This document shows positions 1 to 13,702 of a stretch of 64,000 nucleotides of DNA, piece after piece. Position 1 is the first letter of the stretch. Each line of letters begins with the position of its first letter. The translations under genes were made by a program, and so were the position numbers. The DNA is from Chrysomallon squamiferum (lineage: Eukaryota; Animalia; Mollusca): NCBI GenBank assembly GCA_012295275.1, contig CM022671.1:3038001-3102000 (forward strand), in the 5' to 3' direction. The notes beneath the pieces are model-generated. The model had not been told where the DNA came from, searched no databases, and worked only from the letters and a program-made list of their open reading frames with translations.

Positions 1-1192
1 TCATCAGTTACCTCCTCTTCATTTCTCCGTTTCTGTTTACTCCCATCTGAAATAAATTACTAAACATTACAAACATACTAACAACTTAGACATCATCTCA
101 CAATACAACATAAATCAAAAAGACTAAACTTTGGTGTATTGGTTTGTTCATAAACTACAGTTAAAATACACACAAATAAAAAAAGACATATGGCAATAAA
201 ATAAGTGAGGGGTTTTTTTTTGTTTTTTTGGAGGATACAGTAGTTAAAGAAGAGATTAAATAATTTACTTATTTAGTCTTTTTCAGTTTCAATTCATTAT
301 TTGTATATTGATCTTTTACACAAGCAAACAGACTAAACATACAGATAGATCAAAACTGAATATCTGTAAATTTTAAAATTTAAGCATTTCAAGAACAAAA
401 CATTTAAAAACACAGGAGGAAATGAAAGTGGCTGCACTCTTTTCAAGGTGAATTATGTTATAGCTATACTTTTTTATTATTTAACCAGCTTTACAGGTTA
501 TTGTTTTTTATTTTTTTTATTTCCATTATTAGTATTTATTGTAAAATTTTCGGAATTACTAATAAAATATCTTTTTTCTAAATATAAGTGTTGATTTTTA
601 TTTATTTTTTTGTGCATAGCTTTGTTTTATTTTATATAATTTCTGGTGCATGGACAACTTGGCCTGTGGATTCTTGGAACAAAATTTGTAGAGATAAATC
701 ATGCATGTGACAGTCATAATGTTAGCTGTGCATAGTGTAGAGTCCATGCCATAGCTTATTATAATAACAGTATCAGATGGGTTTCTAGAAAAGTATAAAG
801 TAATAATAATGGCCATTGTACTGTTGGTAGACATGATCATGAAGTACCTAAAGCATAATCCACCCCAAAGTGCTCTTTATTATATTAAAATATGTTTGTT
901 TTCCTTTAACTGACATTTTGGCTTAAGGTGGGACTATTTCAAAACCAACAGAAACAGATTCATTTATTCAAGAACAGTTTTAATTTAAAAAAACACTTTT
1001 AAGTTATAAGATTCTGTCCGTGTCCCATTTTTTCAGAACTGTGGGCTGAGTGGTTCCCTTTGGCCAAGCTGTTTGACATTCCCAGTTTATAATTTACTAC
1101 AATCAGCCAAAGATTGATTTACATTTAAACAAAATGAAAAAACACATATCAAACCTAAAGATGAAGAATTTTTTTCTTTTTGTTTTCTGCAT
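1..1192 (-). CDS. FANCD2: Second copy of FANCD2 coding exon 1 (1155-1192) and start of exon 2 (1-46); gene continues left of the window
   Basis: Position 1 aligns to 11726 and 46 to 11771. The exon 1 copy has T7 (1169-1175) instead of T6. Confidence 0.8.
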
Positions 1193-3364
1193 TTTTCTGG
1201 AAAATAAAAATAATATATATAAATTAATGCTATTAATAATGTTACATGCGACTGTAATTGAAACAGAAATACAGATAGAAAAAATAAATAGCAATAATAA
1301 TTATTAAATTATTAGAACAATAACAGTTTTATTGTCTGAAAGTGAAAAGATTATATTTTATTTATTTATCATTTTTTTTTTTTTTTTTTTCTATAAATTC
1401 TATTATTATTATTGTAGTAGTAGTAATAGAACAATAAATTAGTTTTATTGTTTGAAAGGATTATATTTTATTTTTTTTATATAAATTCTATTATTATTAT
1501 TCTAGTAGTAGTAGTAATAGCAGAAATTTAATTTAAAAAAAAAAAAAAATAAAAACGTTTGCAGGTTTCGGGCCAAAGATCTGATCTGCGAGTATGAAAA
1601 CTACGTGTTCGATTGAAGGCATCAGTATACTATAACATAACATGATTATGATGATAATTATTACCAATTTACATCATTACAATGTAATTTACGTGTCATT
1701 GTTTGTGGTTTATTCGAGTCCTTGTTATTTGTTATCATTATCATATTATGTTTAAACTAGTGTCGTAATGACTTTAGAAGTTTAGCACTTTCTTTAGAAA
1801 GATAGGAAAAAGATTTTGTTTTCCAAAATTTCACATATATTTACAAACATAATCAATCCACCACTGGACTAACCTTTCAACTAGAATAAATAAACATTTT
1901 ACTCTTTAACTGAATGTGAAAGTTATTTCCGAATAAAAATTATTTCCCGCGTTTTTATATTCTGCTTCCGGATTTTCATTATGCTAATTTCTAAAAAAAC
2001 AATTTGGAATTATTACATTTACTGTTTGTTTTTCTTCTTCTTCTTCAGCTTTTTTTTTTTTTTTTATTTTTTTTTTATAGAAATTATTTACCTTTTAGCT
2101 TTTAACATTACTCTGTAAGGCTTAACACCTTGACCATGAAAACCTCAATATTTTTTGGAAAACACACTCGTTTGTAGTCTGTATAATGTACATTTATGAA
2201 TTTAATTTTTTAATACTTTAATACTACATTACTTTTAAATTGTTGTTGTTATTATTATTACCATAACAACAACAAGATAATAATAATAATTTTATTATTA
2301 CTATTATTATATAGTTACAAACTGTAGCAACTTCAATGACGTCCATGAAAACTTGATTGCCCCCCACAGAGGAACGTTCCAGTCAGCGAGAGGCAGATTC
2401 GTAATATTCGAAAGTTGTTTATTATAGGTCCTGTCTCTACTATGTTAAAAATGGAAAATCTGAAGTCTTATCGCACAAATGTTACATTGTACTGTGGGAA
2501 AAATAAAAAAATAAAAAATAAAATGCTTTAACTCTTCATCGGGTTAGTCGTCCCCTCGCTATAAATCTTTGATCGTGTATTGTGAACATTGTACATGCAT
2601 TACTTTTTTACACTCACGGAGTTAACTCTACGAGCTTTCTTCCGACAAACAAACCCAACTGAACAAAATACCGATCTCTGCTTCATTTCTATAAACAAAA
2701 TGCATGTATTTGCCTCCCGAAAATGGTAAGAAACCTTGATGAAAAACTACGATAAAATCTCTTGACAATTTTCGAGCAAGAGACCCCTTTCGAAAATATA
2801 TTACTAGAAAGAGCAATATTTCATCTCTTTAAAGACACTGGAATTAAATCTTAAAACAAGTACACGTTTTTTGCCGAACCACGTTGTAATTCATGGTTCA
2901 CCTCCGAGTAAGAAAGACTGATTATGTTACTTTTCCTAGACGAGAACCTCCTGAATTCTGTTTGGTGTTTCTTGTTCGTGAGCAAAATGATAATTTTTTT
3001 CAAAGATGTCGATTTAACCGTATAAATTATTAAGTGATTAAATCTGGGTTGAAATGAAATCGAGCTGCTTACGTACACATTTTCTAACGGTGTCTCCATT
3101 AAATCATCGAAATTACTTTGGCACATCACTTCTCGACAAAATGTTAGTTTCAAACTGTGATGAGAGGCCTAATGTACAAAATCTGTGATTTTTTTTTTTT
3201 TTTTTTTTTAGTAGTTTATTTATGATTATGGATTCAGTAGTATTTACCTTTTTATTTGATTTTTCTCCGGTTATGGCAATGCCTTGGATATAAATATTGG
3301 AACTGGTGATCGAATAAGTGTGTGGTATATTGGTGTCCGTCGGAAAAATATTCAGCTTGTTATG
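1..3364. repeat. Near-identical duplicate of 11726-~14870 (FANCD2 5' region), ending at the gap
   Basis: Line-by-line identity with scattered SNPs, homopolymer length differences and a few indels. Confidence 0.95.
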
Positions 3365-3564
3365 NNNNNNNNNNNNNNNNNNNNNNNNNNNNNNNNNNNN
3401 NNNNNNNNNNNNNNNNNNNNNNNNNNNNNNNNNNNNNNNNNNNNNNNNNNNNNNNNNNNNNNNNNNNNNNNNNNNNNNNNNNNNNNNNNNNNNNNNNNNN
3501 NNNNNNNNNNNNNNNNNNNNNNNNNNNNNNNNNNNNNNNNNNNNNNNNNNNNNNNNNNNNNNNN
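3365..3564. other. Scaffold gap (200 N)
   Basis: Run of exactly 200 N. Confidence 1.
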
Positions 3565-3728
3565 TGACTGAAATGCATCATGTAAAAAAGACTCAGTAAA
3601 AGCACCTGCTCGATCTTGTTTCGAACACACTCTCTACTGGCTTGCGCCGATTTGTTGAATGTAGAATCAGCAGGATAAAAAATATCTATCACTTTGTGCT
3701 CAGCAGACGTTTTCAGAGAATCTATAAC
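3565..3728 (-). CDS. FANCD2: FANCD2 coding exon 14 (three single-base indels; truncated by the gap)
   Basis: Joining three frames gives VIDSLKTSAEHKVIDIFILLILHSTNRRKPVESVFRNKIRAGAFTESFLHDAFQS, matching the FANCD2 EHKV..L...ST....RNKIRSG segment. Confidence 0.88.
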
Positions 3729-6700
3729 CTTCAATGGAAGTTGTTTATTTTATGCATAAGCATTTTTCTCATGCCAAAAAGTGTTTATAAAAAGCATTTA
3801 TTTTGAAAAAAAAGATTGTTAGGAATCATGAAACATTTTAACTGCACTTAGTCTCTGGATCCATAAGCAAAGAGTTCATTCTGAACAGCCAATAGCTCGA
3901 GACTTTTCAAAACAAGCAGTTTGTTACTTTTAGCAAAATAAATTTGAAGAAAATTTCATTCAATTTAAAAAATTATTGGTGCAATTAAAAATTAAGACAC
4001 AAATTGTTCACAATCTCTATCTATCTTCAGCATAAAGTGTATTTTTAAAACTGGTGTTAGAACACCAATGGCATATTCTAATATGAATCAGACATGTCAA
4101 AAGGAAAATGGAAATAGTCAAGTTCAGTCATGTATAAAAAAAACACAAGTTTGAAAAATTAAATAAAGAATAAATTTCAGTCTGCAGTTCTCAGAATACT
4201 GAACCACTTCTATTACCATGATCAAGACAAATGAGCAATTTACTATTTAATAATCTGTTAGTGCAAATCTAAAAATAACTGTGCTCCAAGTGACAACAAA
4301 ATAAAAGGAATGTGCAAAGACTGAATCAGTTTATGTTTACTAATCCACATTATACATCATAAACAATTAAAACCTGCAAATTATTACAACCTTGATCCAT
4401 GCTTCAGCAACACTTTTCTGAAACCGAATTCCAGCTTTGATAGCATCAAGTGTGAGGACTTCGTTGTCTTTGGTGACATCATCATCAGCCACTGACCTGA
4501 CAAACAAGAAAAATATTAAAACCTTAGTCACGTCCAAATGTTTGTATGAAAACACACAGAAAGAAAACATCACAATATAGGTATATGTTGATGTTTTTAA
4601 ATCACTATTTTATGTGTTTCTTTAAAATATAACAAGTAAACACTAAATAAATTTTTAGATATTTGCATACTTACAATGATTTATATATTTGTTGTCTTAA
4701 ACAGTGCCTATATTGATGCTAATAAATAGACTACATATATTACAAAGAATTAAAATATATCTTTTAACTAGCAAGCAGTCTTTGTTAATAATATAGTATA
4801 ATTTCAATAATGTAATAATACTCCAAGTATGTTTATTTTTTATGTATCTGTGACATCATGTTTATTATGTACCAAAATATAAGCAACTAGGAAGAGATCC
4901 AATTATTTACAGTTCAGTTTTTTAATAGAGCTTTTAACAAAAGGTTTAAGGTTTATAAGTTTAATACATACATAAACCATGTAAAAGTATAATAACATAA
5001 AACATTACAAATAAGTTGTTACCTTTATTTCCGTTAATAATTACTTAGAAATACTGACTATAAACTTCTTATCTTTATACCAACCTGGGATTTTTCTTTT
5101 TTGTCTTAACTGGATCAAAGCTCAAATTTGCTCTAATCTCTGATATAATCTGTTAAGGGAAAATAAAATACGAATCAATACAAAAAGGATTAAAACTGAA
5201 TTTAAAAAAATGTTCTCAAACATCTGATTTACATATTTCAGTAATATTTTTTATATCAATTTGACTAACAAGTAATTTTACAGAGAAATGAAATAAACTG
5301 TAATATATGTTTAATTAAAAAATATAATAAAAACTGCATTCACCTCAACCGCATCATTAGATGTAACAGTCTGTAGGAGAAATTTAACAACTATTGGAAG
5401 ATCTTTCATTTCAACTGAGTCCAGTGTTCTGATCACAGAGTTTCGCACCTGTTAAAAAATAAAGTTAAATCTCTGAAATTGTTGTGTAAACCTCTAACAT
5501 GCAAACTATGTCTTTAACTTTTAGAGTACAGGATTAACACCGAACAAAAACTGTGCTAGTGAGTACATTAATGTGCAAATGTATTATTGTATTGTAACAT
5601 TTAGACTACTGGAACAATGTAGGGTAAAACTGGTGTACATTCATTCATCTATTTTGACTGAAGAATTTCATGTCTTAATCTTGTTAAAAATTCAACCAAA
5701 TCTTTTTTTTTTTATAAATGTGAATTTATTTTTGCACATTTATCATTTGCTTGCATCAGTATTTATGTCCGTTATTTTGATTCTTGTAATACTTTGAAAC
5801 TGCTTATAATAAATAAATAAATAAACAAATATGATTCAAATCCAAATGTTTTAACTTTACAAGAAATAAACAGTAAAATTTGAGCTCTAAATTTCTATAA
5901 ATTTTTACTTCAGTCAGTAATTCAGGTTTCAATGCCAAGTTTGACAGAGCATCCAGAATAGGAACAGTCAGCTGATTTCCTTCCAGTAAAATATCTCTGA
6001 AATAAATAAATACATATTTTTTCTTGTTAAAATATAAAATGGTATAAATTAAATAAAATAAATAAATAAAAAAGTGATAGAAAAAGGAAAAAGAAGTGTA
6101 AATTAAACCATACAAATATGTAAAGAAAAAAAAGCAGAAAAAAAAGCAAAAGAATAATATTAAAAAAAAGCTAGAAGAAAAACCAAAAAATATTCTGATA
6201 AACGTGAAATAATAATTACTAGTATAAAAAAAATATTTCAGATAAACAATTAAATTTCATTAATATTTTTCCTTTTCCAACTTATTAAACTTGGCTGTTT
6301 TTGAAAACACAGTTTTCTTTGAAGTACCTTAGAGTTTTAGCAACATCTCCATGTTCTGTATCTTCAACAACCTCAGGCAAACAACAGATCACTTCTCTCT
6401 GAACATCTAATGACGTCACAGGAATTATCTCTAATAGCTTCATAGTCAAATCCTGTAAAAGTCAACAGTTTGTAAATAACCAGTTTATTTTGTCTCTGTC
6501 AGCAGAATATTTTTAAACCATTTCAAAATCTAGTCTTGAAACAATCAAAGGATGCTGACATTTTAAATACTTTCTGTGTACCTGCATGTGAGAGAGGCAT
6601 AGACATGGAAATTAATTTTCAGGTAAAAGTCAGATAATCTGAATCTAAATTACTTTGTCCATCTGTGCATGTGTATGTCTATGTGACATGAATTATCTTA

Positions 6701-8245
6701 GTTTCAAAATCAAATACTGAAACAGCCAAAAAGCATTCAAAATACTTTATTTCACTTCAAGTATGCATGTGCACATGGATATCATTTGAAAACTAGTTTT
6801 GAAACCAAATCATGTAACTGTCAGATTTACTAACAAAGAATGTTTAATCTGTCCATGTGAATATTTTGTATGTCACTGTTGTCAAGTCATAAAACAATCA
6901 ACAGATAAAAGAGAATTAAAAGGACACTGAAACTTGCTGATATAAACAAAAAGAAACCTTGCTGCAGATAACACGATCCAGCCATCGAAACTGACTAAGC
7001 AGAAGACGTGGAAGAGATACTTTTTCTCCATGATCAAAAATATTACTGTAAAATGAATAGAAAATAGTTTTAATTAATTACTTGTACTATGCATCTATTC
7101 AGTATTTAGATTCCATTATGAAGTCTGTCTGGTTGTTAGCTGAGTCAAACTAGTGTTCAATTTAGTCTGTGAACCCAGTTTTGTAACTGACAAATTAATT
7201 AAAACAAATTTCTATTTATTAAAGACATGTTTCAGTAAATAATTTAATTATTTAAGGCAATAAAACTATGTTAATATTTTAATAAGATAGATGTGTGATT
7301 TTTAAGAAAATGAAGTCTTTCTGATCACTATTAAAAATAAAGAATGAATGAATAATATTTTAATAACATCTTAAATTTGTTTTTATTAAATCATTGTGAC
7401 AAGTCATTATAAAGTCTTTGTAATAGCAAAATGATATAATCATTTAATTAAACACACTAATGTAAATTGTAATCACTTACTCTTCTTCTCCAACAAACTC
7501 AGGAAGCTTTTCAAGTAACAGACACACCAGTTTAGGCTAAATCAAAAATATTAATAAAATGTAGAAATTAAACATGAAAAAAAAAAAAATATATAAATTA
7601 TAAATCAATAAAGAATTAAAATATGAAAGTTAGTTAAAGACATCAATAAAGATAAACAATAACTATCTTGATCTGGGTTTTTTAATCAATATCATTATTT
7701 TTTTTGAATCAATTTAGAATTAAAATATGAAAGTCTGAAATTAAAACAAGTTAAAGACATTAATATTTCCAGTTGGATAAATCAGTAAATACAAACAAGA
7801 GCTGTCTTGATCTGTTGTGAGAATAATGTAAATCTTTGTAAATGATTTCCTTAAATGATAACTATCATGTTCAGTAAATGCAGAACACAGTTGTATTTTG
7901 TAGATTTCAAAGTGAATTTCTTGTCAAACGGTATAAATCTATTTTATGTACTTTCAAATCAGTTCTGCTTCTATTCAAAGACTATCCCTACTTATACTCA
8001 CAGGGTCTAAATAGTTTTGAAAATTACTTGAAGGAGCTGATTTATTTATTAACAGTATAAATATATTTCAGATTTAATATTTTTTACTTGTATTAATTTA
8101 TTCATAATTTATTGTAATTAAAATAACACAATTTTACCTGTATAATATCTATGCCAAGCAGAATTCTCACCAAACTATTCTGAATAGATGATCGAGCACT
8201 TAAAAAAAGAGAAAAAGATATATATAGACACACATACGCACATAC

Positions 8246-8284
<39 letters not shown>

Positions 8285-11200
8285 AAATACCCACACATGA
8301 TTAGAGTATAAATACTTTATAAATATTTGCCAGCAATACTAATTTAATAAAATTTGTGACATTTTAAGATTTCTTGTTATTATTTGCATGTTATATATAT
8401 ATATTTTTTCAAACATTTTATTTAATATCACATGATGTTAATATGACCAATCAAATTAACTATCACAATGTCTGAAAATAAGGAGAGAAAGTAAAAAGAA
8501 GGTAACTACATCTTGTACTTTTTATTGTTACATTTTTAAAATTAATTTCTTTGCTGTAAATAAAGACTGACAATAAATGACATGTCTGAGGAAAAGCAGA
8601 GACTGGTAGTTTCTCTATTTTCACAGCTGTGCAAATTCTAATGTTAAAGTAAAGAGATGAAACAATGCTGGATCCATTCTTCTGCTGGAGATTCTTTATA
8701 TTTCTAAACAAGGAAAAATGGCGTGTTCCACACTTCTATTACATCATTATATTATAGACTCAGTCAAAACAAAATACTTTCAAATGTACCTGTGTTATTA
8801 TTCTTATTTTTTTATATTTTAAGTTTCCAAAATCAAAATGCAGCACATACCTTTCACAGTCCGATGATGTAAGTGTTGGCATCAAACTTTTATAAAATCT
8901 AATTTTGAAAAACAAAAGGGATAACATTACACCATTTAATAAAAAAATATATATTAAAACTGGGAAAGAAGCATTCAATAATAACATCTTGATACATTTT
9001 AATATTAACTATCAGAAATCTTCTGCATATATACCATTCCACTAATTAGCAACATGAATCTTTAATATGATAAATTATATAGGTACCACAAACTTTAATA
9101 TTTCAGTCACTGAGAATTGGTTGGAACATAATAAAGTCGAAAAAAGAAAAATATAAAATTATAAATGAAAACTAATATGATCAGTATTTAGAAGAGACAT
9201 TTACCTTTACAGATATTTAAAATATTTAATATAGACTAAACAAAAAATTAAACCTATACACCTTATCTTAAGTAGTTTAATAAAATTATCTACATGTATG
9301 CAGTTTTATATATTATAATTTATTACTTAAAGAAAAACACACAACTTTTTATTTGTCTTTAATCATGCAATTTTCTGTTCTACTAGTGATGAAAAAGCTA
9401 CATTCTAGTTGATGATCTATAATTATCTTGTGAGAATAAGAATGTGGGTGTGTACACACACACATATAAATGCATACATACATAAATATATTTAAAACAT
9501 TCTAATTTTAACAAATTTCTGGGGGAAAATATTATTTTAAATAAAAATAACTAATGATTGTTACCTTTCAGATTTTTCAATATAATCTTGAAATCCTTTA
9601 AAAAAAGTCTTCTACAACCTTCCAAAATAAAATTAATAATAATGTACACACATTATAAAGTCACAAAAATACAAAAAGAATATACATCTTCAGCAAATTA
9701 ATAACTGCAGGGCAGAAAAAAAAAAAAAAAAGGCAAAATGATTTTACAAAATTGAGAACCAGTTTTACCCACAACATAAAATCTGAAAACACACTAATTA
9801 ATAAAAATAAAACTATAAATAAATTATTTCTATTAAGAATTATACTTCTATATTTTTGTTTCCTTTTATCACAGTTTTTACACTTGTACTGGTAAACACA
9901 TAAAATTCCAAAACATGTCTGGGATTAACAGATTAATATTTTCACTCAACACCAATGGGAACAAATTCCAATACTTAGTTTTATGATAAATAGTTACTTT
10001 TATTTTTGGCTTATTTTAATACTAGTACCCCATTTCAAACTTCACAGAAAAGCATTTCTACAGAATAACAGAAATTAGTTTTTATATACACATTTCAAAA
10101 GAAATAATATTTTTGAAAAAACTGAAAAGTTGAATGAAGGATATATGAAAGAAATTCTTAATATTTCCAAGATTTTCTTTCTGTCATTTTCCGGTGTTTG
10201 TTTCCAAATTTGTAATCAGTAGCACAAATAGTGTTCATGCAGTATCTGCCAGAAAATGTTATCTGTGTACATGAACTTTCTTTTGCAAAAAACCTGAAAC
10301 ATTTGTCTGAAAATATACATTTTGTTTTTACATTTTCTTAATGGGTGAATCAAAAATTAAACAAATGTATTAATTTCTTCAAATTTTCACATTTTTGTGC
10401 TTGTGTGTCCCCTTAACCAAACTAAGAAAATAATGAAATAAATACATCAGGATAACTGTTGTGTCTCTTCAATGCTGTGTTAATATTTCTCTGAAACACT
10501 GCCTGGTCCACACCTGAAACAAAACAAAACATTAAAATTAACACAATATTCAGAACAAGCAGCTTGTGCATCAGTTGTAGCATGAAGGAAGAACAGTTTA
10601 AATAAATATTTATATATATATAATATATATATATATATATAACATGTTTTATGCATACTTTTAAGGACCTTAGCAACAATAACTCAATGAGTTAGGAAAT
10701 ACGGAACCAGTGACCTATTTTTTTCAGGAAGAAGGCAAACTTTTACACATATCTTTCCACAAATACGAAAATGCAAATTTTCATTAGTAGTAAAAATGTG
10801 TGTTTAATAAAGTCACCCTATTTGATAAATTATAAAAATACTTCAATTAAACTAAGAATTTCTGTGGACAAATGGCCTAAACATTATATACAGATTAAAG
10901 ACAAAAAATAAAGTACAACAATTTGGAACCTTTCACTGTGATGTTACTGTACTGAGATTATGTTGTATTGTGTTGTGGTATGTTTTGTTATTTTAACATC
11001 TTAACATATAAAACGTCCTCAGAAAATAGAGAGAAAAAAACAAGACAATTATTAGAAAAGGATGAGTTCATGAAAATTATGTTTACAAACTGCTTTTATA
11101 AGGTTTATTTGTAACACTAAAGGTGTACTTTAAAACATTTTTTTTTTTTTTTAAAATCAGCCAGCATTTAATGTGGATACTATATCATGGTTTTGATTGT

Positions 11201-12917
11201 TTAACAAAGAAAAAAAAAAATGGAAATATTATGTCCCAAACGTTTATATAATTTTATACACATACATAACCTTTACTTGTGTACAAGTCATGTCTTGATA
11301 CAAAATTAATTAAATGCACATGGATATACTGAACACTGGTGGTTTATAAAAAAATCTGCCGTTCTGCATTTATTGACTTTCATTTTTATTATAACTATTA
11401 TACACAAAGGTGAGTGGGCAAGAACACATATAAAATTTCTATTAACTGATCAGTATAAAGTTGGCAAAATAAACTCTGTGTTCCAAATCCTACGTACAAG
11501 TCATATCCCAACTTTCAGTACTGAATTAATCTACAACATGTGGCTATAAAACCTTTTGAATATGATCACCGTGAGTGTTCATATACAAAATAAAAAGATC
11601 TCCTGTCTGATTATTTATTGTAAACCATACAAATGTTACCTATTTCATTATTTTTCTTTCCTGCACTAAGCGTGAAACCTGCTTTATAAACCATCTGAGC
11701 AAACAGAGACTTGTCTGTGTAAATATCATCAGTTACCTCCTCTTCATTTCTCCGTTTCTGTTTACTCCCATCTGAAATAAATTACTAAACATTACAAACA
11801 TAGTAACAACTTAGACATCATCTCACAATACAACATAAATCAAAAACACTAAACTTTGGTGTATTGGTTTGTTCATAAACTACAGTTAAAATACACACAA
11901 AAAAAAAAAGACATATGGCAATAAAATAATTGAGGGTTTTGTTTTTGTTGTTTTTTGGAGGATACAGTAGTTCAAGAAGAGATTAAATAATTTACTTATT
12001 TAGTCTTTTTCAGTTTCAATTCATTATTTGTATATTGATCTTTTACACAAGCAAACAGACTAAACATACAGATAGATCAAAACTGAATATCTGTAACTTT
12101 TAAAATTTAAGCATTTCAAGAACAAAACATTTAAAAACACAGGAGGAAATGAAAGTGGCTGCACTCTTTTCAAGGTAAATTATGTTAAAGCTATACTTTT
12201 TTATTATCTAACCAGCTTTACAGGTTATTGTTTTTTATTTTTTATTTCCATTATTAGTCTTTCTTGTAAAATTTTCAGAATTACTAATAAAATATCTTTT
12301 TTCTAAATATAAGTGTTGATTTTTATTTATTTTTTTGTACATAGCTTTGTTTTATTTTATATAATTTCTGGTGCATGGACAACTTGGCCTGTGGATTCTT
12401 GGAACAAAATTTGTAGAGATAAATCATGCATGTGACAGTCATAATGTTAGCTGTGCATAGTGTAGAGTCCATGCCATAGCTTATTATAATAACAGTATCA
12501 GATGGGTTTCTAGAAAAGTATAAAGTAATAATAATGGCCATTGTACTGTTGGTAGACATGATCATGAAGTACCTAAAGCATAATCCACCCCAAAATGCTC
12601 TTTATTATATTAAAATATGTTTGTTTTCCTTTAACTGACATTTTGGCTTAAGGTGGGACTATTTCAAAACCAACAGAAACAGATTCATTTATTCAAGAAC
12701 AGTTTTAATTAAAAAAAAAACACTTTTAAGTTATAAGATTCTGTCCGTGTCCCATTTTTTTCAGAACTGTGGGCTGAGTGGTTCCCTTGGCCAAGCTGTT
12801 TGACATTCCCAGTTTATAATTTACTACAATCAGCCAAAGATTGATTTACATTTAAACAAAATGAAAAATACATATCAAACCTAAAGATGAAGAATTTTTT
12901 CTTTTTGTTTTCTGCAT
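3565..12917 (-). CDS. FANCD2: Fanconi anemia group D2 protein, N-terminal part (14 coding exons; 3' part lost in the assembly gap)
   Basis: Manually spliced GT-AG exons give MQKTKRKNSSSL-DGSKQ...KSLFAQMVYKAGFTLSAGKKNNEI-GVDQAVFQRNINTALKRHNSYPD...LVRILLGIDIIQ-PKLVCLLLEKLPEF...LPRLLLSQFRWLDRV...LTVPILDALSNL...DAIKAGIRFQKSVAEAWIK, colinear with the recalled vertebrate FANCD2 N-terminus. Exon phases are consistent apart from indels noted in findings. Confidence 0.96.
4391..4496 (-). CDS. FANCD2: FANCD2 coding exon 13
   Basis: 106 nt; SVADDDVTKDNEVLTLDAIKAGIRFQKSVAEAWIK. Confidence 0.93.
5085..5149 (-). CDS. FANCD2: FANCD2 coding exon 12
   Basis: 65 nt; IISEIRANLSFDPVKTKKKNP(R); phase 2 matches exon 13. 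Confidence 0.88.
5344..5448 (-). CDS. FANCD2: FANCD2 coding exon 11
   Basis: 105 nt; VRNSVIRTLDSVEMKDLPIVVKFLLQTVTSNDAVE. Confidence 0.93.
5909..5996 (-). CDS. FANCD2: FANCD2 coding exon 10
   Basis: 88 nt; DILLEGNQLTVPILDALSNLALKPELLTE. Confidence 0.93.
6328..6452 (-). CDS. FANCD2: FANCD2 coding exon 9
   Basis: 125 nt; DLTMKLLEIIPVTSLDVQREVICCLPEVVEDTEHGDVAKTL(R). Confidence 0.93.
6958..7045 (-). CDS. FANCD2: FANCD2 coding exon 8
   Basis: 88 nt; NIFDHGEKVSLPRLLLSQFRWLDRVICSK. Confidence 0.93.
7481..7536 (-). CDS. FANCD2: FANCD2 coding exon 7
   Basis: 56 nt; PKLVCLLLEKLPEFVGEE(D); GTAAG donor. Confidence 0.93.
8138..8198 (-). CDS. FANCD2: FANCD2 coding exon 6
   Basis: 61 nt; ARSSIQNSLVRILLGIDIIQ. 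Confidence 0.93.
8851..8898 (-). CDS. FANCD2: FANCD2 coding exon 5
   Basis: 48 nt, phase 2-2; FYKSLMPTLTSSDCE(S). Confidence 0.88.
9565..9618 (-). CDS. FANCD2: FANCD2 coding exon 4 (apparent +1 base in the A7 run at 9600-9606)
   Basis: Reads VVEDFFKGFQDYIEKSE(R) if the run is 6 long. As assembled it hits TAA and its phase mismatches exon 5. Confidence 0.85.
10446..10513 (-). CDS. FANCD2: FANCD2 coding exon 3
   Basis: 68 nt; (G)VDQAVFQRNINTALKRHNSYPD. Confidence 0.93.
11640..11771 (-). CDS. FANCD2: FANCD2 coding exon 2
   Basis: 132 nt, AG/GT; (D)GSKQKRRNEEEVTDDIYTDKSLFAQMVYKAGFTLSAGKKNNEI. Confidence 0.9.
12881..12917 (-). CDS. FANCD2: FANCD2 coding exon 1 (ATG; MQKTKRKNSSSL)
   Basis: AG acceptor 4 nt before the ATG and a GT donor; phase 1 matches the next exon. 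Confidence 0.8.
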
Positions 12918-13202
12918 TTTTCTGGAAAATAAAAATAATATATATAAATTAATGCTATTAATAATGTTACATGCGACTGTAATTGAAACAGAAATACAGA
13001 TAGAAAAAATAAATAGCAATAACAATTATTAAATTATTAGAACAATAACAGTTTTATTGTCTGAAAGTGAAAAGATTATATTTTATTTATTTATCATTTT
13101 TTTTTTTTTTTTTTATAAATTCTATTATTATTATTGTAGTAGTAGTAATAGAACAATAAATGTTTTATTGTTTGAAAGGATTATATTTTATTTTAGTTAT
13201 CA

Positions 13203-13235
<33 letters not shown>

Positions 13236-13702
13236 TTTTTATAAATTCTATTATTATTATTGTAGTAGTAGTAGTAATAGCAGAAATTTAATTTAAAAAA
13301 AAAAAAAATAAAAACGTTTGCAGGTTTCGGGCCAAAGATCTGATCTGCGAGTATGAAAACTACGTGTTCGATTGAAGGCATCAGTATACTATAACATAAC
13401 ATGATTATGATGATAATTATTACCAATTTACATCATTACAATGTAATTTACGTGTCATTGTTTGTGGTTTATTCGAGTCATTGTTATTTGTTATCATTAT
13501 CATATTATGTTTAAACTAGTGTCGTAGTGACTTTAGAAGTTTAGCACTTTCTTTAGAAAGATAGGAAAAAGATTTTGTTTTCCAAAAATTTCACATATAT
13601 TTACAAACATAATCAATCCACCACTGGACTAAGCTTTCAACTAGAATAAATAAACATTTTACTCTTTGACTGAATGTGAAAGTTATTTCCGAATAAAAAT
13701 TA

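Noticed and set aside
598-840. 80-aa ORF repeated at 12323-12565
   Set aside because: It lies in FANCD2 intron 1, recurs only because of the segment duplication, and has no recognisable motif.
2628-3153. ORFs in the triplicated unit as a functional gene
   Set aside because: The copies differ by frameshifting indels and stops, and no family is recognisable; at most a decayed element.
3284-3734. ORFs with long X runs
   Set aside because: They are artefacts of the N gap; the real content is frameshifted FANCD2 exon 14.
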